Assembly (NCBI GenBank): GCA_011364975.1
Contig: RDOE01000008.1
Span: 1 to 63,703 of the forward strand
Direction: 5' to 3'
DNA: 63,703 bases
Source of the DNA: Promethearchaeota archaeon
GTDB taxonomy: Archaea; Asgardarchaeota; Lokiarchaeia; Sigyniarchaeales; SOKP01
Numbering within the stretch: the stretch's first letter is position 1; each line of letters starts with the position of its first letter. Position numbers and translations under genes: made by a program. This document shows positions 28,445 to 39,560 of this stretch, piece by piece. The notes beneath the pieces were generated by a model. The model saw nothing but the letters and a program-made list of their open reading frames with translations. It ran no database searches and was not told the origin of the DNA.

Positions 28445-31111
28445 TTATTTCTTGATTTTTTTTATTATATTTGGAATTTCAGAGATTTCTTTTTTGTATT
28501 CTGAACTCAAATCTGCTATACCTTTTGATATATTTAAAATACTTTCGAATGAATATATTAAATTCTCAAGATAATCAGTAATGTCTCCTTTATATATCAT
28601 GATTTTATATTCATCTTCTAAAAATTCACTTATTTGCTCAATCGTAAAATTTTTTTCAATTCTAGTATTTAAAATAATCCTCTCCAGATTCAATCGTCCA
28701 CAATTACAATAAGGTTTATCCTTACAATTACAATTGAATATCTCAGTGGTCCATTTTATAATATAATCAATGAATTCACGGGAAAATTTTCTTCTTTTTT
28801 TCACATAATTCGCATCCATCAAAGATAACACACTGGCACTAAAAAAATTGTTGGAGAAATATTTCATATTCTGGTTTTTTGCTAAATCTTTTACAATCTT
28901 TTTTGATAAATATACATTTTTAAGGGGCTTTAACTCCAGAACTATATCTGATATTTCGATTTGCTTTAATTTAATCCTATTTATAATCTCAAGGCTTTGG
29001 TCTACCGTTAGGAAAGATTTTGAAATTGCCCGTCCTAAATGAGTCGCGGTAAATTTGTTATCTCTGTCAATTATTATTAATTTTAATTTATTTAACTTAT
29101 CAAGAATCTTGCCCAAGTCATATTCAGAATTAATTAAAAAATTATAAAATATATTAATTTCATTATATTCTACTCCATCATTAAAAGTTGAAATTAAAGC
29201 TAATAGTTCTGTTATAGAACGATCTTCATTTGGCTCTAGTTCAAAATCTTTAATCTTCCCATTTAATAAACTAATTGCGATATTTTCTTCTGTTATTTTT
29301 GATTTAGGAGAATACACTTTTCCTGGCTCTACTAGAATATACGCAAAACCAAGGTCATGCTTTCCTAACCTTCCAGCTCTTCCGAGCATTTGCTCAAATT
29401 CTGCAACTGTTAAAATGTTAATTCCCATTAATAATGACTCGAATATAACTTGCCTTGCTGGGAAATCTACACCTGCCGCTAATGCTGCTGTAGCAACAAC
29501 CGCAGAGGTTATCTGATTTTGAAATTTTAATTCAATTTCTTTCCTTTCTTCATTTGTAAGTCCAGAATGATAAGCTTCTATAGATATTCCCTTATTCCTT
29601 AAAAATTCAGAGATATTTTCACATTTTTTTCTAGAATTTGTGAAGATTATTGATTGTCCTTTAAATCCATGTTCTGATTTTTCATGAAACGCAGAAATAA
29701 CCAATCTTTTGATATTCTGAAGTTTTGCAGCCTCACTTAAGCATAAAATTAAATGGCGCTCTATTGGTACTGGACGATTTTTATAATTAATTAAATCACA
29801 TCCTAGCTTATTTGCTAATAATTTTGGTTGTCCTATAGTAGCACTGAGATATAAAAATTGAGCTAATTTACTCACCAATTTCAATCGAGAAATTAATCCA
29901 TCTAAAATAAATCCTCGTTCAGGATCGATTAATGTCTGAATTTCATCAATGATTATCGTACCTAAAGTACCCATTTTCTCTCTATTTCCACTTCTAAGAA
30001 TGTAATCGATAGCTTCATATGTAGCTACAATGATATCGGCATCAATTAAATCATCGTAATTATCTTGCTCTGGTTTATCAAGAATAGATTCTCCCACTTT
30101 TTTAACAATTTTTAAGTCTAAAGCTTTGTATTTAGTTTCAAACTCTTCTGTCCTTACATTTGCTAATGCTACGATTGGAACTAAATAAAGCATTTTCAAT
30201 TTCTCATTTAATATCCTTGTAATTCCCGCTAATTCACCAACTAATGTTTTACCAGCAGAAGTTGGAGCCATTATTAGTTGACTCGCATGATGATCAATTA
30301 ATCCCCGATCTATTGAAATTGCCTGGATTGGTAATAGTTTCCTTATATTCCATTTAAGTAATAGATTTTTGAATTCTTTAGGGATATTTGTGTTTTCAAG
30401 AGTATAATTAAGATATTTCTTTTCTATAGAAGGATTCTTTTCAATATCATAAAGAGTAATGTCTTTGTTTTTAGCAGGGTCAAAATCTACTTTAAACGCC
30501 TTAATGACTTTTTCCGTACTTTTAAATTTCAAAATCATATGTTTAAAGAAATTTTTAAGTTTTGGACTTAATTTTATAGTATTATATAAACCTAATAATT
30601 CAATTTGTTTAGCTACTACATCTAAAGCGCATTCTGAACATATGATAGTATTATTAAGAGATTGAATTTGTTCACTTTTATCAAGTATATTAAATTTTTT
30701 ATTCTTTATACAAGAGTTACACAAAGTTAAACTTTTTAATTTCTCATCACTAAATTGAAAACTCTTAAGCAAGTTTCTAATAATAAAAAACTGTTCTGCT
30801 TCAGTTTGATCAGAAAAAGCTATAAATTTATTTTTATCATTGAGTAAAAACTTTTTTAACAGTTTTGGGTTGAGAAGATTTTTAGATCCGTCTTTTCGGA
30901 GCTTTGAAAAATATACTGGACGATTTTTCCCCTTAAGATCTGTTCCAAATATTACTTGACCTCTGAAGAATGGTTTTTTTATGATTGAGAATATATTTTC
31001 TTTTTTTTTATAATGTTTAAGATAGAAAAAGTTAATGTCAAATGAATTTGGTTCTTTTGTATCCCTATTTTTATCAAATACAATAATATAATCTTTAGAA
31101 GGAGTTGCCAA
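28445..31111 (-). CDS. archaeal superfamily II (DEAD/DEAH, COG1202-like) helicase
   Basis: APTSAGKT, DEIQ, SAT, YHSGL, GVDFPA, QMLGRAGR; CxxC pairs at the N-terminus and CxC...CxC near the C-terminus. Confidence 0.92.
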   Translation of the reverse strand: MATPSKDYIIVFDKNRDTKEPNSFDINFFYLKHYKKKENIFSIIKKPFFRGQVIFGTDLKGKNRPVYFSKLRKDGSKNLLNPKLLKKFLLNDKNKFIAFSDQTEAEQFFIIRNLLKSFQFSDEKLKSLTLCNSCIKNKKFNILDKSEQIQSLNNTIICSECALDVVAKQIELLGLYNTIKLSPKLKNFFKHMILKFKSTEKVIKAFKVDFDPAKNKDITLYDIEKNPSIEKKYLNYTLENTNIPKEFKNLLLKWNIRKLLPIQAISIDRGLIDHHASQLIMAPTSAGKTLVGELAGITRILNEKLKMLYLVPIVALANVRTEEFETKYKALDLKIVKKVGESILDKPEQDNYDDLIDADIIVATYEAIDYILRSGNREKMGTLGTIIIDEIQTLIDPERGFILDGLISRLKLVSKLAQFLYLSATIGQPKLLANKLGCDLINYKNRPVPIERHLILCLSEAAKLQNIKRLVISAFHEKSEHGFKGQSIIFTNSRKKCENISEFLRNKGISIEAYHSGLTNEERKEIELKFQNQITSAVVATAALAAGVDFPARQVIFESLLMGINILTVAEFEQMLGRAGRLGKHDLGFAYILVEPGKVYSPKSKITEENIAISLLNGKIKDFELEPNEDRSITELLALISTFNDGVEYNEINIFYNFLINSEYDLGKILDKLNKLKLIIIDRDNKFTATHLGRAISKSFLTVDQSLEIINRIKLKQIEISDIVLELKPLKNVYLSKKIVKDLAKNQNMKYFSNNFFSASVLSLMDANYVKKRRKFSREFIDYIIKWTTEIFNCNCKDKPYCNCGRLNLERIILNTRIEKNFTIEQISEFLEDEYKIMIYKGDITDYLENLIYSFESILNISKGIADLSSEYKKEISEIPNIIKKIKK

Positions 31112-31168
31112 AAGGAAAACCAGAAATATTATAGATATTATTAAAAACCAAAAACAAAAATTCAGTGA

Positions 31169-31330
31169 TTAAAAACCAAAGACAGCTTTAATTTTATCAT
31201 ATATTGCTTTAATTTCTCGTAGTTTATTCTCATCTCCCTGACTTAAGAAATGTTCTATCCAAGCTGGGAGCCCTCCATCACGTATCCACTGCAAAAAATA
31301 TTCAACTGCTTGTCTTTCCTCTGCAGACAT
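31169..31330 (-). CDS. small 53-aa protein missing from the ORF track
   Basis: Manual translation: MSAEERQAVEYFLQWIRDGGLPAWIEHFLSQGDENKLREIKAIYDKIKAVFGF*; GC content above flanks; co-oriented upstream of the helicase. Confidence 0.7.
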   Translation of the reverse strand: MSAEERQAVEYFLQWIRDGGLPAWIEHFLSQGDENKLREIKAIYDKIKAVFGF

Positions 31331-31676
31331 AATTAATCAACGATAATTTTTATTTTATTTTATGAATAATTTTTTTCTATATTACATTATAAATTATTCT
31401 ATTTTATACTTTTACAATTAATATCTGAATTTTTGATAAATAAAAAACATAAAATTTAATTGTCTGAAGTAAGAATAAAAACCCCAAATTTGACTGATAT
31501 TTTTGAAAAGTGGAAACAAAGTGCTATTAGAAAGGATAAAAAAAAATGAAATAACAATTTAGCAAAAAGGGCTTCTGTTTGTTAAAAACATAAGGTTTAA
31601 TAATTGAATAAAATGACTATAAATCAGTGTAATCTTATATTAAAGATAAATTCTATATTCATAATGAGTTATAAAA

Positions 31677-32282
31677 ATGACAGAAACTAGAAACACCCTA
31701 GAAATGGGAATTTTTAATGGATACTACCTCAACGTTATCGTATTATCGACTGCGGCAATTTTTGCAGCTTTCACTTGCATCCTAACGTTTATAGTTCCTT
31801 TTACGATACCAACAACCGGGGGCTATATCAACTTAGGAGATATTGGAGTAATGATATCTGGTTTACTTTTTGGACCAATAATAGGTGGTCTAGCGGGGGG
31901 TATTGGATCTGCATTTACAGATCTTTTCTTAGCACCTCAATATGCGATTCCAACATTTATTATAAAAGGATTGGAAGGATTTATTGTTGGTTTAATCGCT
32001 AACCCTAAACGATTTTATAGTAAATTTAATTTTAGGGATGTATTAGCAGTAATCATTGGAGGCTTATTTATGGTATTTGGTTACTTCTTAACTGAGATCT
32101 TACTTTATGGATTTCCAAGTGCTTTATTTGAATTATTCTTTAACGGGGCAATTCAATTCGGATTAGGAGCGCTTGTAGCTTCAATATTTACGATCTTCTC
32201 CCGAAAAAATATTATTTCTGCGTTACCTCAAGTTTTTGATAAAATCTTCATTTATGAGGCAGTTAATACTAACTCAAAATAA
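31677..32282 (+). CDS. ECF transporter S component
   Basis: GGYINLGD, LLFGP..G..AGGIGSA..D, FIIKGLEG. Confidence 0.88.
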   Translation: MTETRNTLEMGIFNGYYLNVIVLSTAAIFAAFTCILTFIVPFTIPTTGGYINLGDIGVMISGLLFGPIIGGLAGGIGSAFTDLFLAPQYAIPTFIIKGLEGFIVGLIANPKRFYSKFNFRDVLAVIIGGLFMVFGYFLTEILLYGFPSALFELFFNGAIQFGLGALVASIFTIFSRKNIISALPQVFDKIFIYEAVNTNSK

Positions 32283-32309
32283 GTTAGAGCAAGTTTAAAA
32301 TAACTTTTA

Positions 32310-32810
32310 TTACTTATTTATTATTTTAATTGAAGCATAAGCAGTCAAAATTTGTCCAAAAAATAAAGAATGACTTGCCATACGTCCAGATTTGCAGGTA
32401 TGGACAATTTTACATTCATAACTTAAGAGACTATCTTTAATTGTAGGTACTTTAGTACGTTTTCCTTCTATTATTTCTAAACCAGCTTTTTTAAATTTAT
32501 CAACATTTTTCCCAGAATAAGAACCTGTTATATCAATAGTATCAACATTTTCTTCTGTAGGGACATTAATCGTGAATTCTGGAACACCTTCAGTTAATAG
32601 TTCAAACGTATAACGAGCTGGTGAAACAGCAATAGTAATTATAGGAATCATCCATAACTCTCCAATTGTTTTCCAAAGTAATGCCATTACATTTAATTTA
32701 CCATTATTATCCATAGAAACCACATGGGCAGCTTGACTCATAAAATACTCCATATACTCATATGGATTGATCTCTTTCCTGTTTTCTTCCATATATATCA
32801 CAAATTCCAA
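32310..32810 (-). CDS. flavin reductase family protein
   Basis: NVM, RYT, EFTINVP, GSYSG..VDKF, ECKI, HSLFFG. Confidence 0.85.
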   Translation of the reverse strand: MEFVIYMEENRKEINPYEYMEYFMSQAAHVVSMDNNGKLNVMALLWKTIGELWMIPIITIAVSPARYTFELLTEGVPEFTINVPTEENVDTIDITGSYSGKNVDKFKKAGLEIIEGKRTKVPTIKDSLLSYECKIVHTCKSGRMASHSLFFGQILTAYASIKIINK

Positions 32811-32816
32811 AAAATG

Positions 32817-33056
32817 TTATGCTTTAAAAGGTTCATCGTGGATCACTTTATCAATAGCTTCTATACAAGCTTCATCCCAATCATCATTTGGATCGATATT
32901 TTCAGAACAGATAGGACACCAATCATCGGAATAACCTTCATCCCAATCATCTTCTTCCATATCTCCATTTAAAGTACTTCCACAATAAAGACATACGCCA
33001 TCATCATATCTGTCTAAAATTTCTGAGATTAATTCAACTTTTTTTCTTGAATTCAT
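32817..33056 (-). CDS. small acidic zinc-finger protein
   Basis: CLYC...CPIC in a D/E/W-rich 79-aa ORF. Confidence 0.7.
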   Translation of the reverse strand: MNSRKKVELISEILDRYDDGVCLYCGSTLNGDMEEDDWDEGYSDDWCPICSENIDPNDDWDEACIEAIDKVIHDEPFKA

Positions 33057-33128
33057 AATATTGCACTCTTTTTTTTTGAGAAGGTTAATTATATATGCAA
33101 AAAGTAGGTATAAAAAGATTTAGATTAT

Positions 33129-34163
33129 TTATATAATATTTCTGGCAGCTTTCGCTAAGAACTCTTCTGCATCTTTTACTATTTTTTCAATTATATTATT
33201 AACACTTTCGATTGAATTTATCAATCCTATACTTTGACCTAAAAGTACAGCGCCATCATTTATATCACCATTATAAGTCATTTCATAATGTTTTTGATCC
33301 TCTAAAGCCATAGCAGGTGTGATCTGGGCTTCAAGAGCCAATTTTTCATCTTTACTACTAATTGCTCCGTGATGTAGTGAATATTCATTTTTCCACAATC
33401 TAATAGGTCCTAAAACCCCTGTAACCCAAACCGTGTCATCAGCTTTTGCAGGGGGTATAATATTTTTATATTTCTCGTGAAATTCGCTTTCCTTTGAAGC
33501 TATAAATCTTGAACCCATTGCAATAGCACCTGCTCCCATAGATAGCGCAGCAGCAAGTCCCTCTCCCGATGCAAATCCTCCACATGCAATTATGGGCACA
33601 TCTGGGTGATTTTGATGAACTTGCTGTAAAAGTACTAAAGAACTAACCTTCTCATATGATTGATGGCCTCCTCCTTCCCATCCCGTTACAACTAGTCCAT
33701 CAACTCCATTAGATACACATTTATTAGCAAGCCATAAAGCCGGTGCTACATGGAAATGTTTTATCTGTGAACCTGATTCCTTTAATCTCAAGAATGATTT
33801 GCTTTGCATCATTTTTGGAGTCCCAGCACTTGTAATTGCATATAAACATTGTTCTCTTAATTTTGGGTTACTTTCTATGAACTTTGGTATGCCACGACAT
33901 AATCCAGGAGCATCTAGCTGTAACCTCGAAGTTCTTATGTTAAACCCAAATGGTTTATCGGTATGCTCAATAACGTGAAGCATATTTTTTTTCATTTCTT
34001 CCATACTATTTTTGCCAAATAGATTAGTATGACTTAAAACTCCAAGGCCTCCCGCTTCAGAAACTGCAATAGTTAGTTCTGTTGTATAAAAAGGGCCCAT
34101 TGGAGCAGCGACAATGGGATGTTTAATCCCAAACATTTCTGTTATTACTGTTTTTAATCCCAA
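33129..34163 (-). CDS. nitronate monooxygenase / FabK-like flavoenzyme
   Basis: PIVAAPM, AVSEAGGLG, EGGGH, CGG, MGSRF, GQSIGLI. Confidence 0.9.
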   Translation of the reverse strand: MGLKTVITEMFGIKHPIVAAPMGPFYTTELTIAVSEAGGLGVLSHTNLFGKNSMEEMKKNMLHVIEHTDKPFGFNIRTSRLQLDAPGLCRGIPKFIESNPKLREQCLYAITSAGTPKMMQSKSFLRLKESGSQIKHFHVAPALWLANKCVSNGVDGLVVTGWEGGGHQSYEKVSSLVLLQQVHQNHPDVPIIACGGFASGEGLAAALSMGAGAIAMGSRFIASKESEFHEKYKNIIPPAKADDTVWVTGVLGPIRLWKNEYSLHHGAISSKDEKLALEAQITPAMALEDQKHYEMTYNGDINDGAVLLGQSIGLINSIESVNNIIEKIVKDAEEFLAKAARNII

Positions 34164-34570
34164 TTTTAACTACACTTACTAATAAGTAATTATCCTATGA
34201 ATTATATGATTAAGAGTATTAAATATACTTTATTAATCTTTAAATAGAATTTCAAGGCGAAATTTGAGATTTAAAAAAAGTTAGTAAAAAAACAAAAAAT
34301 ATAATGAACAAATAAGATGGTGATTATTGCCTAAATGAATTTTCCTACAAATATTAATAAACTAATCATCGATTTTTCTTGCCCATTTTCACGTTACCAT
34401 AATAAATCTTACTTAAATTAATCGAGAACCAGATTCTCTAATAATAAAAGAAAGATTTTTGTTTAACATTAGTAGATTAAGCTTATGTTAGATTGTGAAA
34501 ATCTTAAATAAATTTTAATAATTCCCTCTTATAAAACATTATATTATAGTTTTCACTCAAATTTTTAATT

Positions 34571-35524
34571 ATGCCCGAGATAATTTCTTTAGGTGAATTA
34601 TTAGTAGAGATTATGAGACCTAATAAAGATGTTCCTCATGGAAAAATTGGTGAAATCTACAAGGGACCTTTTCCATCGGGTGCACCTGCAATATTTATAG
34701 ATTCTGCAGCTAGAATCTCAAAACCGTTTAAGTATTCTACAGGATTTATTGGAGTGGTAGGAAATGATGAATTTGGACAATCTATTATCACAAAACTAAA
34801 ATCTGATGGAGTGGATATTTCAAAAATCCGAGTTGATAATGAAAAGTCAACTGGTATAGCTTTTAATCAATATAATTCAGATGGTTCGAGGAAATTCATT
34901 TTTGCAGCAGGTGCTGCAGGGGAAACATGTCCTGAGGATGTTGATGAAGATTATTTTGGAAACATAAAAGCACTTCATATTATGGGTAGTTCCCTTTCAA
35001 TCAGCGAATCATCAAGAGAAGCATGCTATAAAGCAATTGAAGTGGCTAAGAATCAAAATCCTGATGTTTTAATATCATTTGATCCAAATCTTCGACCTGA
35101 AATGCTTGATATTAAGACAATCATAAAAATTTCGAAGCCGGTTTTGGAAAATACAACAATATTGCTCCCAAGTGGAGAGGAAGCTGAAATGTTATCAGGA
35201 ATTAGGAACCCTGAAAAAGCATGTAAGAAGTTACTTTCTCAAGGGATAAAGCATGTAGTATTGAAAGAGGGTAAGAATGGTTGCACAATATATACATCAG
35301 GTTTAGCAGATGGAATTAAAATACATGGATTTAAAGTAGATGAGATCGATCCTACCGGTGCAGGAGACTCTTTTGGAGGAGCCTTTGTTGTAGGTTATTT
35401 AGCAGGATTGGATCTAAAAATGATTGGAAGGTTATCAAATGCTGTTGGAGCGCTTAAGGTGACTAATTTTGGGCCAATCCCGAGTACTACATACGAGGAT
35501 GCAATTAATTTAATGGATAATTAA
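34571..35524 (+). CDS. PfkB-family carbohydrate kinase
   Basis: GELLVE, VGNDEFG, FDPNLR, DPTGAGDSF. Confidence 0.93.
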   Translation: MPEIISLGELLVEIMRPNKDVPHGKIGEIYKGPFPSGAPAIFIDSAARISKPFKYSTGFIGVVGNDEFGQSIITKLKSDGVDISKIRVDNEKSTGIAFNQYNSDGSRKFIFAAGAAGETCPEDVDEDYFGNIKALHIMGSSLSISESSREACYKAIEVAKNQNPDVLISFDPNLRPEMLDIKTIIKISKPVLENTTILLPSGEEAEMLSGIRNPEKACKKLLSQGIKHVVLKEGKNGCTIYTSGLADGIKIHGFKVDEIDPTGAGDSFGGAFVVGYLAGLDLKMIGRLSNAVGALKVTNFGPIPSTTYEDAINLMDN

Positions 35525-35531
35525 TTTTTAC

Positions 35532-37517
35532 TCAAATCAAATGTAATGAAAATACTTTTACATCGACAATTTGGTTATTGTTGATTACGTAATATCTAAA
35601 ACCAGGTGGTGTAAACTTGAAAGTTGCAGAAATTGGCCCTAATGCTTGCGTTTGAAATACAAATGGTTTATTAACATCGAACCATATTTTCAAATCAAGA
35701 GGCTTTTTAAATTCATTGAATTTTTCTCTATAAATAGAAGTATATATTTCACAAGGAACTTCAATATAAAGGGGAAATATCCAAAACCCTAAATTAATCC
35801 ACTCAGTGTCTTTAGCTTCTTTTAATCTATATTCTTTTAAAGTGTGTGTATGGCCACATATTATTAAATCTACCTTCCTTTTGATAATTTTATCTGATCC
35901 GGTAAAAATTTTTAGAAGGGTACCCCAATTATACATGACGGTTTGATACTTTAGATTTAAGATTCGATCTAACCTTCCTGTTCCATCATAATTTTTTAAA
36001 TTTTCTTCATATAAATCCCACCACTCTAATTCACGATTCGTTATGTTTAGTTTTTTTTTATATTTTTTCCTTTTAGCACGACTCAAGTTAGGGGATACTG
36101 GTGGGGTGTGCATAACAACTATAATCCTTTTATCGTGTGATAATCTTATATAGTCCCTTAACAAATCTATTTGATAATCTTTAACTCCTTTGGTACTTGG
36201 GCCGCCTTTTAGTAAATCATGCAAATCTGCAATAGATTCGGGGCCAGTATCTAAAAAGATAAAGCTATATTGGTCACCAATATATAGATTATAATTTAGG
36301 TTTGGATTAAAGTATCTGAAATAATCTTTCAAATATCGCTCATTAGAATAAAGAGCTGTTAAATAATTAAAAAATTTAATATCATAATATCCTTTTATAT
36401 CATTACGAGTCATACCAAATATTTTACGAACTTCTCCAAAACGTATCCCATAGTGTTCTCTTCTATAATCATGATTACCAACTATAGTAAAAATTGGGAC
36501 TAAAATTTCATATTTATTGACGAATTCAGAGTTATTTTCTAAATATGGGGGTTTATTCAATCCTTTATTCAATCCAAGCAGAATATCTAAAACAACAAAG
36601 TAATTATTTTTATATTGATAATTCCCTCTGGCGATATTTGTATAATCTACTAAATCCCCTGTCATTAGAATAAAATCTAATTGTTTTTTTCCCGCTTTTT
36701 TATTTGCAAACTCTATAAATTTTCTTAATTGATAATTAAAATTGAATTTGCTTATCCTTAACTTTTCAAATTTTTCTTCTTGAAAGCCTTCCCTGAAGTC
36801 ATAATCTCTTGTCAAAACAATTTGATCAACTTTCTCAACTTTATTTTTCTTATGGCTAACCCTTCGAAGTTTCGCATTTACCTTCTCCTGAACGAAATTT
36901 AAGATAAAATCATTTCGTCTGGCAATATGTAAATCGGTAACGTGGATAAAGTTGAAATCTTCCCAATTTTTTTCAAAAATCGCAATACTGTGAAAATTTA
37001 TTTTATTTTCCATTTGATTTGGTATATCATGGACTATATCAAACAAAATAAATTCTCTTTCAGAATTTTTAATCAAATCTTCTATTTTATTCGGAGACTG
37101 AATTTGAAATTTAATCTCAAATAGTGAATTCCTCTCACCAAATACATTTTCTAAATCTAATAAGTTTTGTTTGATATCTGAAATAGTACAATTTTTCTCA
37201 TCTAAGGGAGTCGTTTTTTTTAGATTTGTCTGCTCCAGATGTAAAATCTCAAGAATTTGAAGAGGAATTAATTCACCTCGTCGTTCTTGAAAAGAGCCTT
37301 CACATTTTAACACAGGTTGAATAAAGATATTAAGATGAAAATATTCTAAAATTCTTTCAACTTCCATATGAGGTAAAGCGATAATTAATGCTTCGAAAAC
37401 TATATTTTTAATTAACCTATTGTTAGAATCTTTGTAATCTCTTAAATTTAATAAGATAGGTTGACCTAAATTTGGTTTTATAATTATTGGAAAATCTCCC
37501 TTATCTAATTTCATCAT
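35532..37517 (-). CDS. large calcineurin-like metallophosphoesterase with N-terminal extension
   Basis: TDLH, TGDLVD, GNHD, MH, GHTH. Confidence 0.85.
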   Translation of the reverse strand: MMKLDKGDFPIIIKPNLGQPILLNLRDYKDSNNRLIKNIVFEALIIALPHMEVERILEYFHLNIFIQPVLKCEGSFQERRGELIPLQILEILHLEQTNLKKTTPLDEKNCTISDIKQNLLDLENVFGERNSLFEIKFQIQSPNKIEDLIKNSEREFILFDIVHDIPNQMENKINFHSIAIFEKNWEDFNFIHVTDLHIARRNDFILNFVQEKVNAKLRRVSHKKNKVEKVDQIVLTRDYDFREGFQEEKFEKLRISKFNFNYQLRKFIEFANKKAGKKQLDFILMTGDLVDYTNIARGNYQYKNNYFVVLDILLGLNKGLNKPPYLENNSEFVNKYEILVPIFTIVGNHDYRREHYGIRFGEVRKIFGMTRNDIKGYYDIKFFNYLTALYSNERYLKDYFRYFNPNLNYNLYIGDQYSFIFLDTGPESIADLHDLLKGGPSTKGVKDYQIDLLRDYIRLSHDKRIIVVMHTPPVSPNLSRAKRKKYKKKLNITNRELEWWDLYEENLKNYDGTGRLDRILNLKYQTVMYNWGTLLKIFTGSDKIIKRKVDLIICGHTHTLKEYRLKEAKDTEWINLGFWIFPLYIEVPCEIYTSIYREKFNEFKKPLDLKIWFDVNKPFVFQTQALGPISATFKFTPPGFRYYVINNNQIVDVKVFSLHLI

Positions 37518-37637
37518 AGTTTTATATTAAATTATGAGTGTAAAATTAACTTATTATTACTTATATGATTTTTTAAGTTAAATTACTTTATTTTTAATAA
37601 AAGAAATTAACTAAAATTTAAAAAAGAGGATACGTTC

Positions 37638-39107
37638 ATGGAAAAACTTTATCAACCCGATTTTAGCTCGATCTTTGGCAAAAGATTTTGCAATGCATTT
37701 GTTTATGGCCAAATAGATAGCTTGATTTGGCCAATATTCAACGAAATTAAAAGATCACAAAATTTACAAAATTTATTAGCTCTTAAGGATCAAAATGAAA
37801 GCCCAAGGTTTTATTATAGAAAAATTAACCTTGAGGATCATAGAGTTGAGTTATATAGTTCAAATATGTCTTACGGATTAATTCAAGCTATGGATTTAGG
37901 AAGGAAATATGGAATATGTAATCAAGACGTAATCTCTGTTATAGAATTGAATCCTGGGTTGTATAAAGGGATATTTTCATTTAATTTAAGGAAGGACCAC
38001 ATCTCTGAGCTAGAAGAACTTGAAAAGAAAAACCAAATTGCGGGAATAGTTGTATATCCTTCATTTATCCAAGAAGATCTTACCGATAAGAGCAACATAA
38101 ACCTAAACGAGCTCTTAGAATATTGTAAAAACAAGGAGTTTTTTGTAAAAATTGATCTAGGTAATATAAATTTACCCGAAAACGATCCTAGTTTTACTAA
38201 TTATGATAAATTAAAATTATTGTTATCACGAGAATCAGAAATAACTTTTATTTTAAGCGGAATTGATTTCATTGGGAATTTTTTTCCTTATTATGAATTA
38301 GTTAAACTTTATCGTAATCTTTGGATTGAGATAGATCCTCGTAGTTTAGGTGGGATGACTCCAAAAAATTTATTTAATAGGTTATTTCAAATTCCGGGAT
38401 TTATACAAAATACATGGAATAGAATAACCATAGGGAGCGCAACCCCAACTCTAGAAATATCTCAGATGTATCGCGGATTTATTGAATCTTCTGAAGAATT
38501 AAAATTTGCGCAGAAAAATCTCTTACGAATCTGGAGTTTCAGAAATCTTAATAGAAATAAATCAGCTATTTTCGCTCCAAAAGAAGATCCGGAAACTTTT
38601 TTCCCTACAAAAAAGGTTTCAAAAGTTAAGGTGGTTGAATCTCATGATGAAATTAATATAAATTTTAAAATTACACTAAGGAGTTTTTCAATTACTCAAG
38701 TTTTATCTATTACAGAAATAATTAAACAAACTTTTAATAAATTGATGGAAGAATATCCTGAAATGAAGAATGGAATATTACTTATTAGGTCTTATCATAC
38801 AACGACATCTTTAATTATCAATGAACATGAATTTGGTAATTATTTAGATTTACATTATCAATTTGCTGAACTTTCTAACCAGGATTCGGCTCAGAGTTTG
38901 CATACAGTAAATGCAATAGAGAATAGAGCGGACTTTAACCATTTCGATCATTTAATTGCATCTAACTATGGTTCGAAACAAATATTAATACCGATATTTG
39001 AAAGACAGTTAGAAATAGGAAGTAGAGAAAATTTTTACATCTTAGTAACCTTTGGTCCACGTTCTATTTCCATGCTTTTTGACTTTAAATTATACAAGGA
39101 AATTTAG
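37638..39107 (+). CDS. fusion of a degenerate amidohydrolase-like barrel and a YjbQ (UPF0047) domain
   Basis: N-terminal half GIVVYP, NLWIE, RITIGS; C-terminal HTTTSLIINE, DHL, LEIG. Confidence 0.65.
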   Translation: MEKLYQPDFSSIFGKRFCNAFVYGQIDSLIWPIFNEIKRSQNLQNLLALKDQNESPRFYYRKINLEDHRVELYSSNMSYGLIQAMDLGRKYGICNQDVISVIELNPGLYKGIFSFNLRKDHISELEELEKKNQIAGIVVYPSFIQEDLTDKSNINLNELLEYCKNKEFFVKIDLGNINLPENDPSFTNYDKLKLLLSRESEITFILSGIDFIGNFFPYYELVKLYRNLWIEIDPRSLGGMTPKNLFNRLFQIPGFIQNTWNRITIGSATPTLEISQMYRGFIESSEELKFAQKNLLRIWSFRNLNRNKSAIFAPKEDPETFFPTKKVSKVKVVESHDEININFKITLRSFSITQVLSITEIIKQTFNKLMEEYPEMKNGILLIRSYHTTTSLIINEHEFGNYLDLHYQFAELSNQDSAQSLHTVNAIENRADFNHFDHLIASNYGSKQILIPIFERQLEIGSRENFYILVTFGPRSISMLFDFKLYKEI

Positions 39108-39278
39108 TTTTTCAAAGGTTTTAATGAGTTCTATAAAATTATCAGGAGAGCATATCCATGTCCTATAAGAGTTAAGTCTTAAGATAATCCTTTTTAAATT
39201 TATTTCTTCCTTTAAATAATTAACATTTCCAAAAGAAAGCTCTAAAATGAGGATATTATCGCCCCAGATAAAATTCAT
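39090..39278 (-). CDS. doubtful short ORF or gene fragment
   Basis: 62-aa ORF overlapping the 3' end of the previous gene; in-frame stop a few codons upstream. Confidence 0.25.
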   Translation of the reverse strand: MNFIWGDNILILELSFGNVNYLKEEINLKRIILRLNSYRTWICSPDNFIELIKTFEKLNFLV

Positions 39279-39560
39279 AAAAATCGGTAATAAAGTTAAT
39301 CATATAAAAATTTAACGTATCTTTTATTTGCGAAAAATTCTTCTTAAAAAATGAAGTCAAAAGTTTAAATAGTAAAAATGAGTATATTTTATAAAGAAAT
39401 GATTCATGATGAATAAGATGACTGATTATTTAAATCAACATCTATTTAAACAAATTAGAGTGAATTGTTTTAAATTCTATAAAATCTAAAAAACCTTAAT
39501 TCTAATTCTTCTTTTAAATAAATATAAATTAAAACTTTTAATCCAAAAATAAACTGCAAA

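Noticed and set aside
39400-39470. C/D-box-like motifs (atgatga...ctga) and a small hairpin
   Set aside because: No downstream C'/D pair; compatible with chance in AT-rich intergenic DNA
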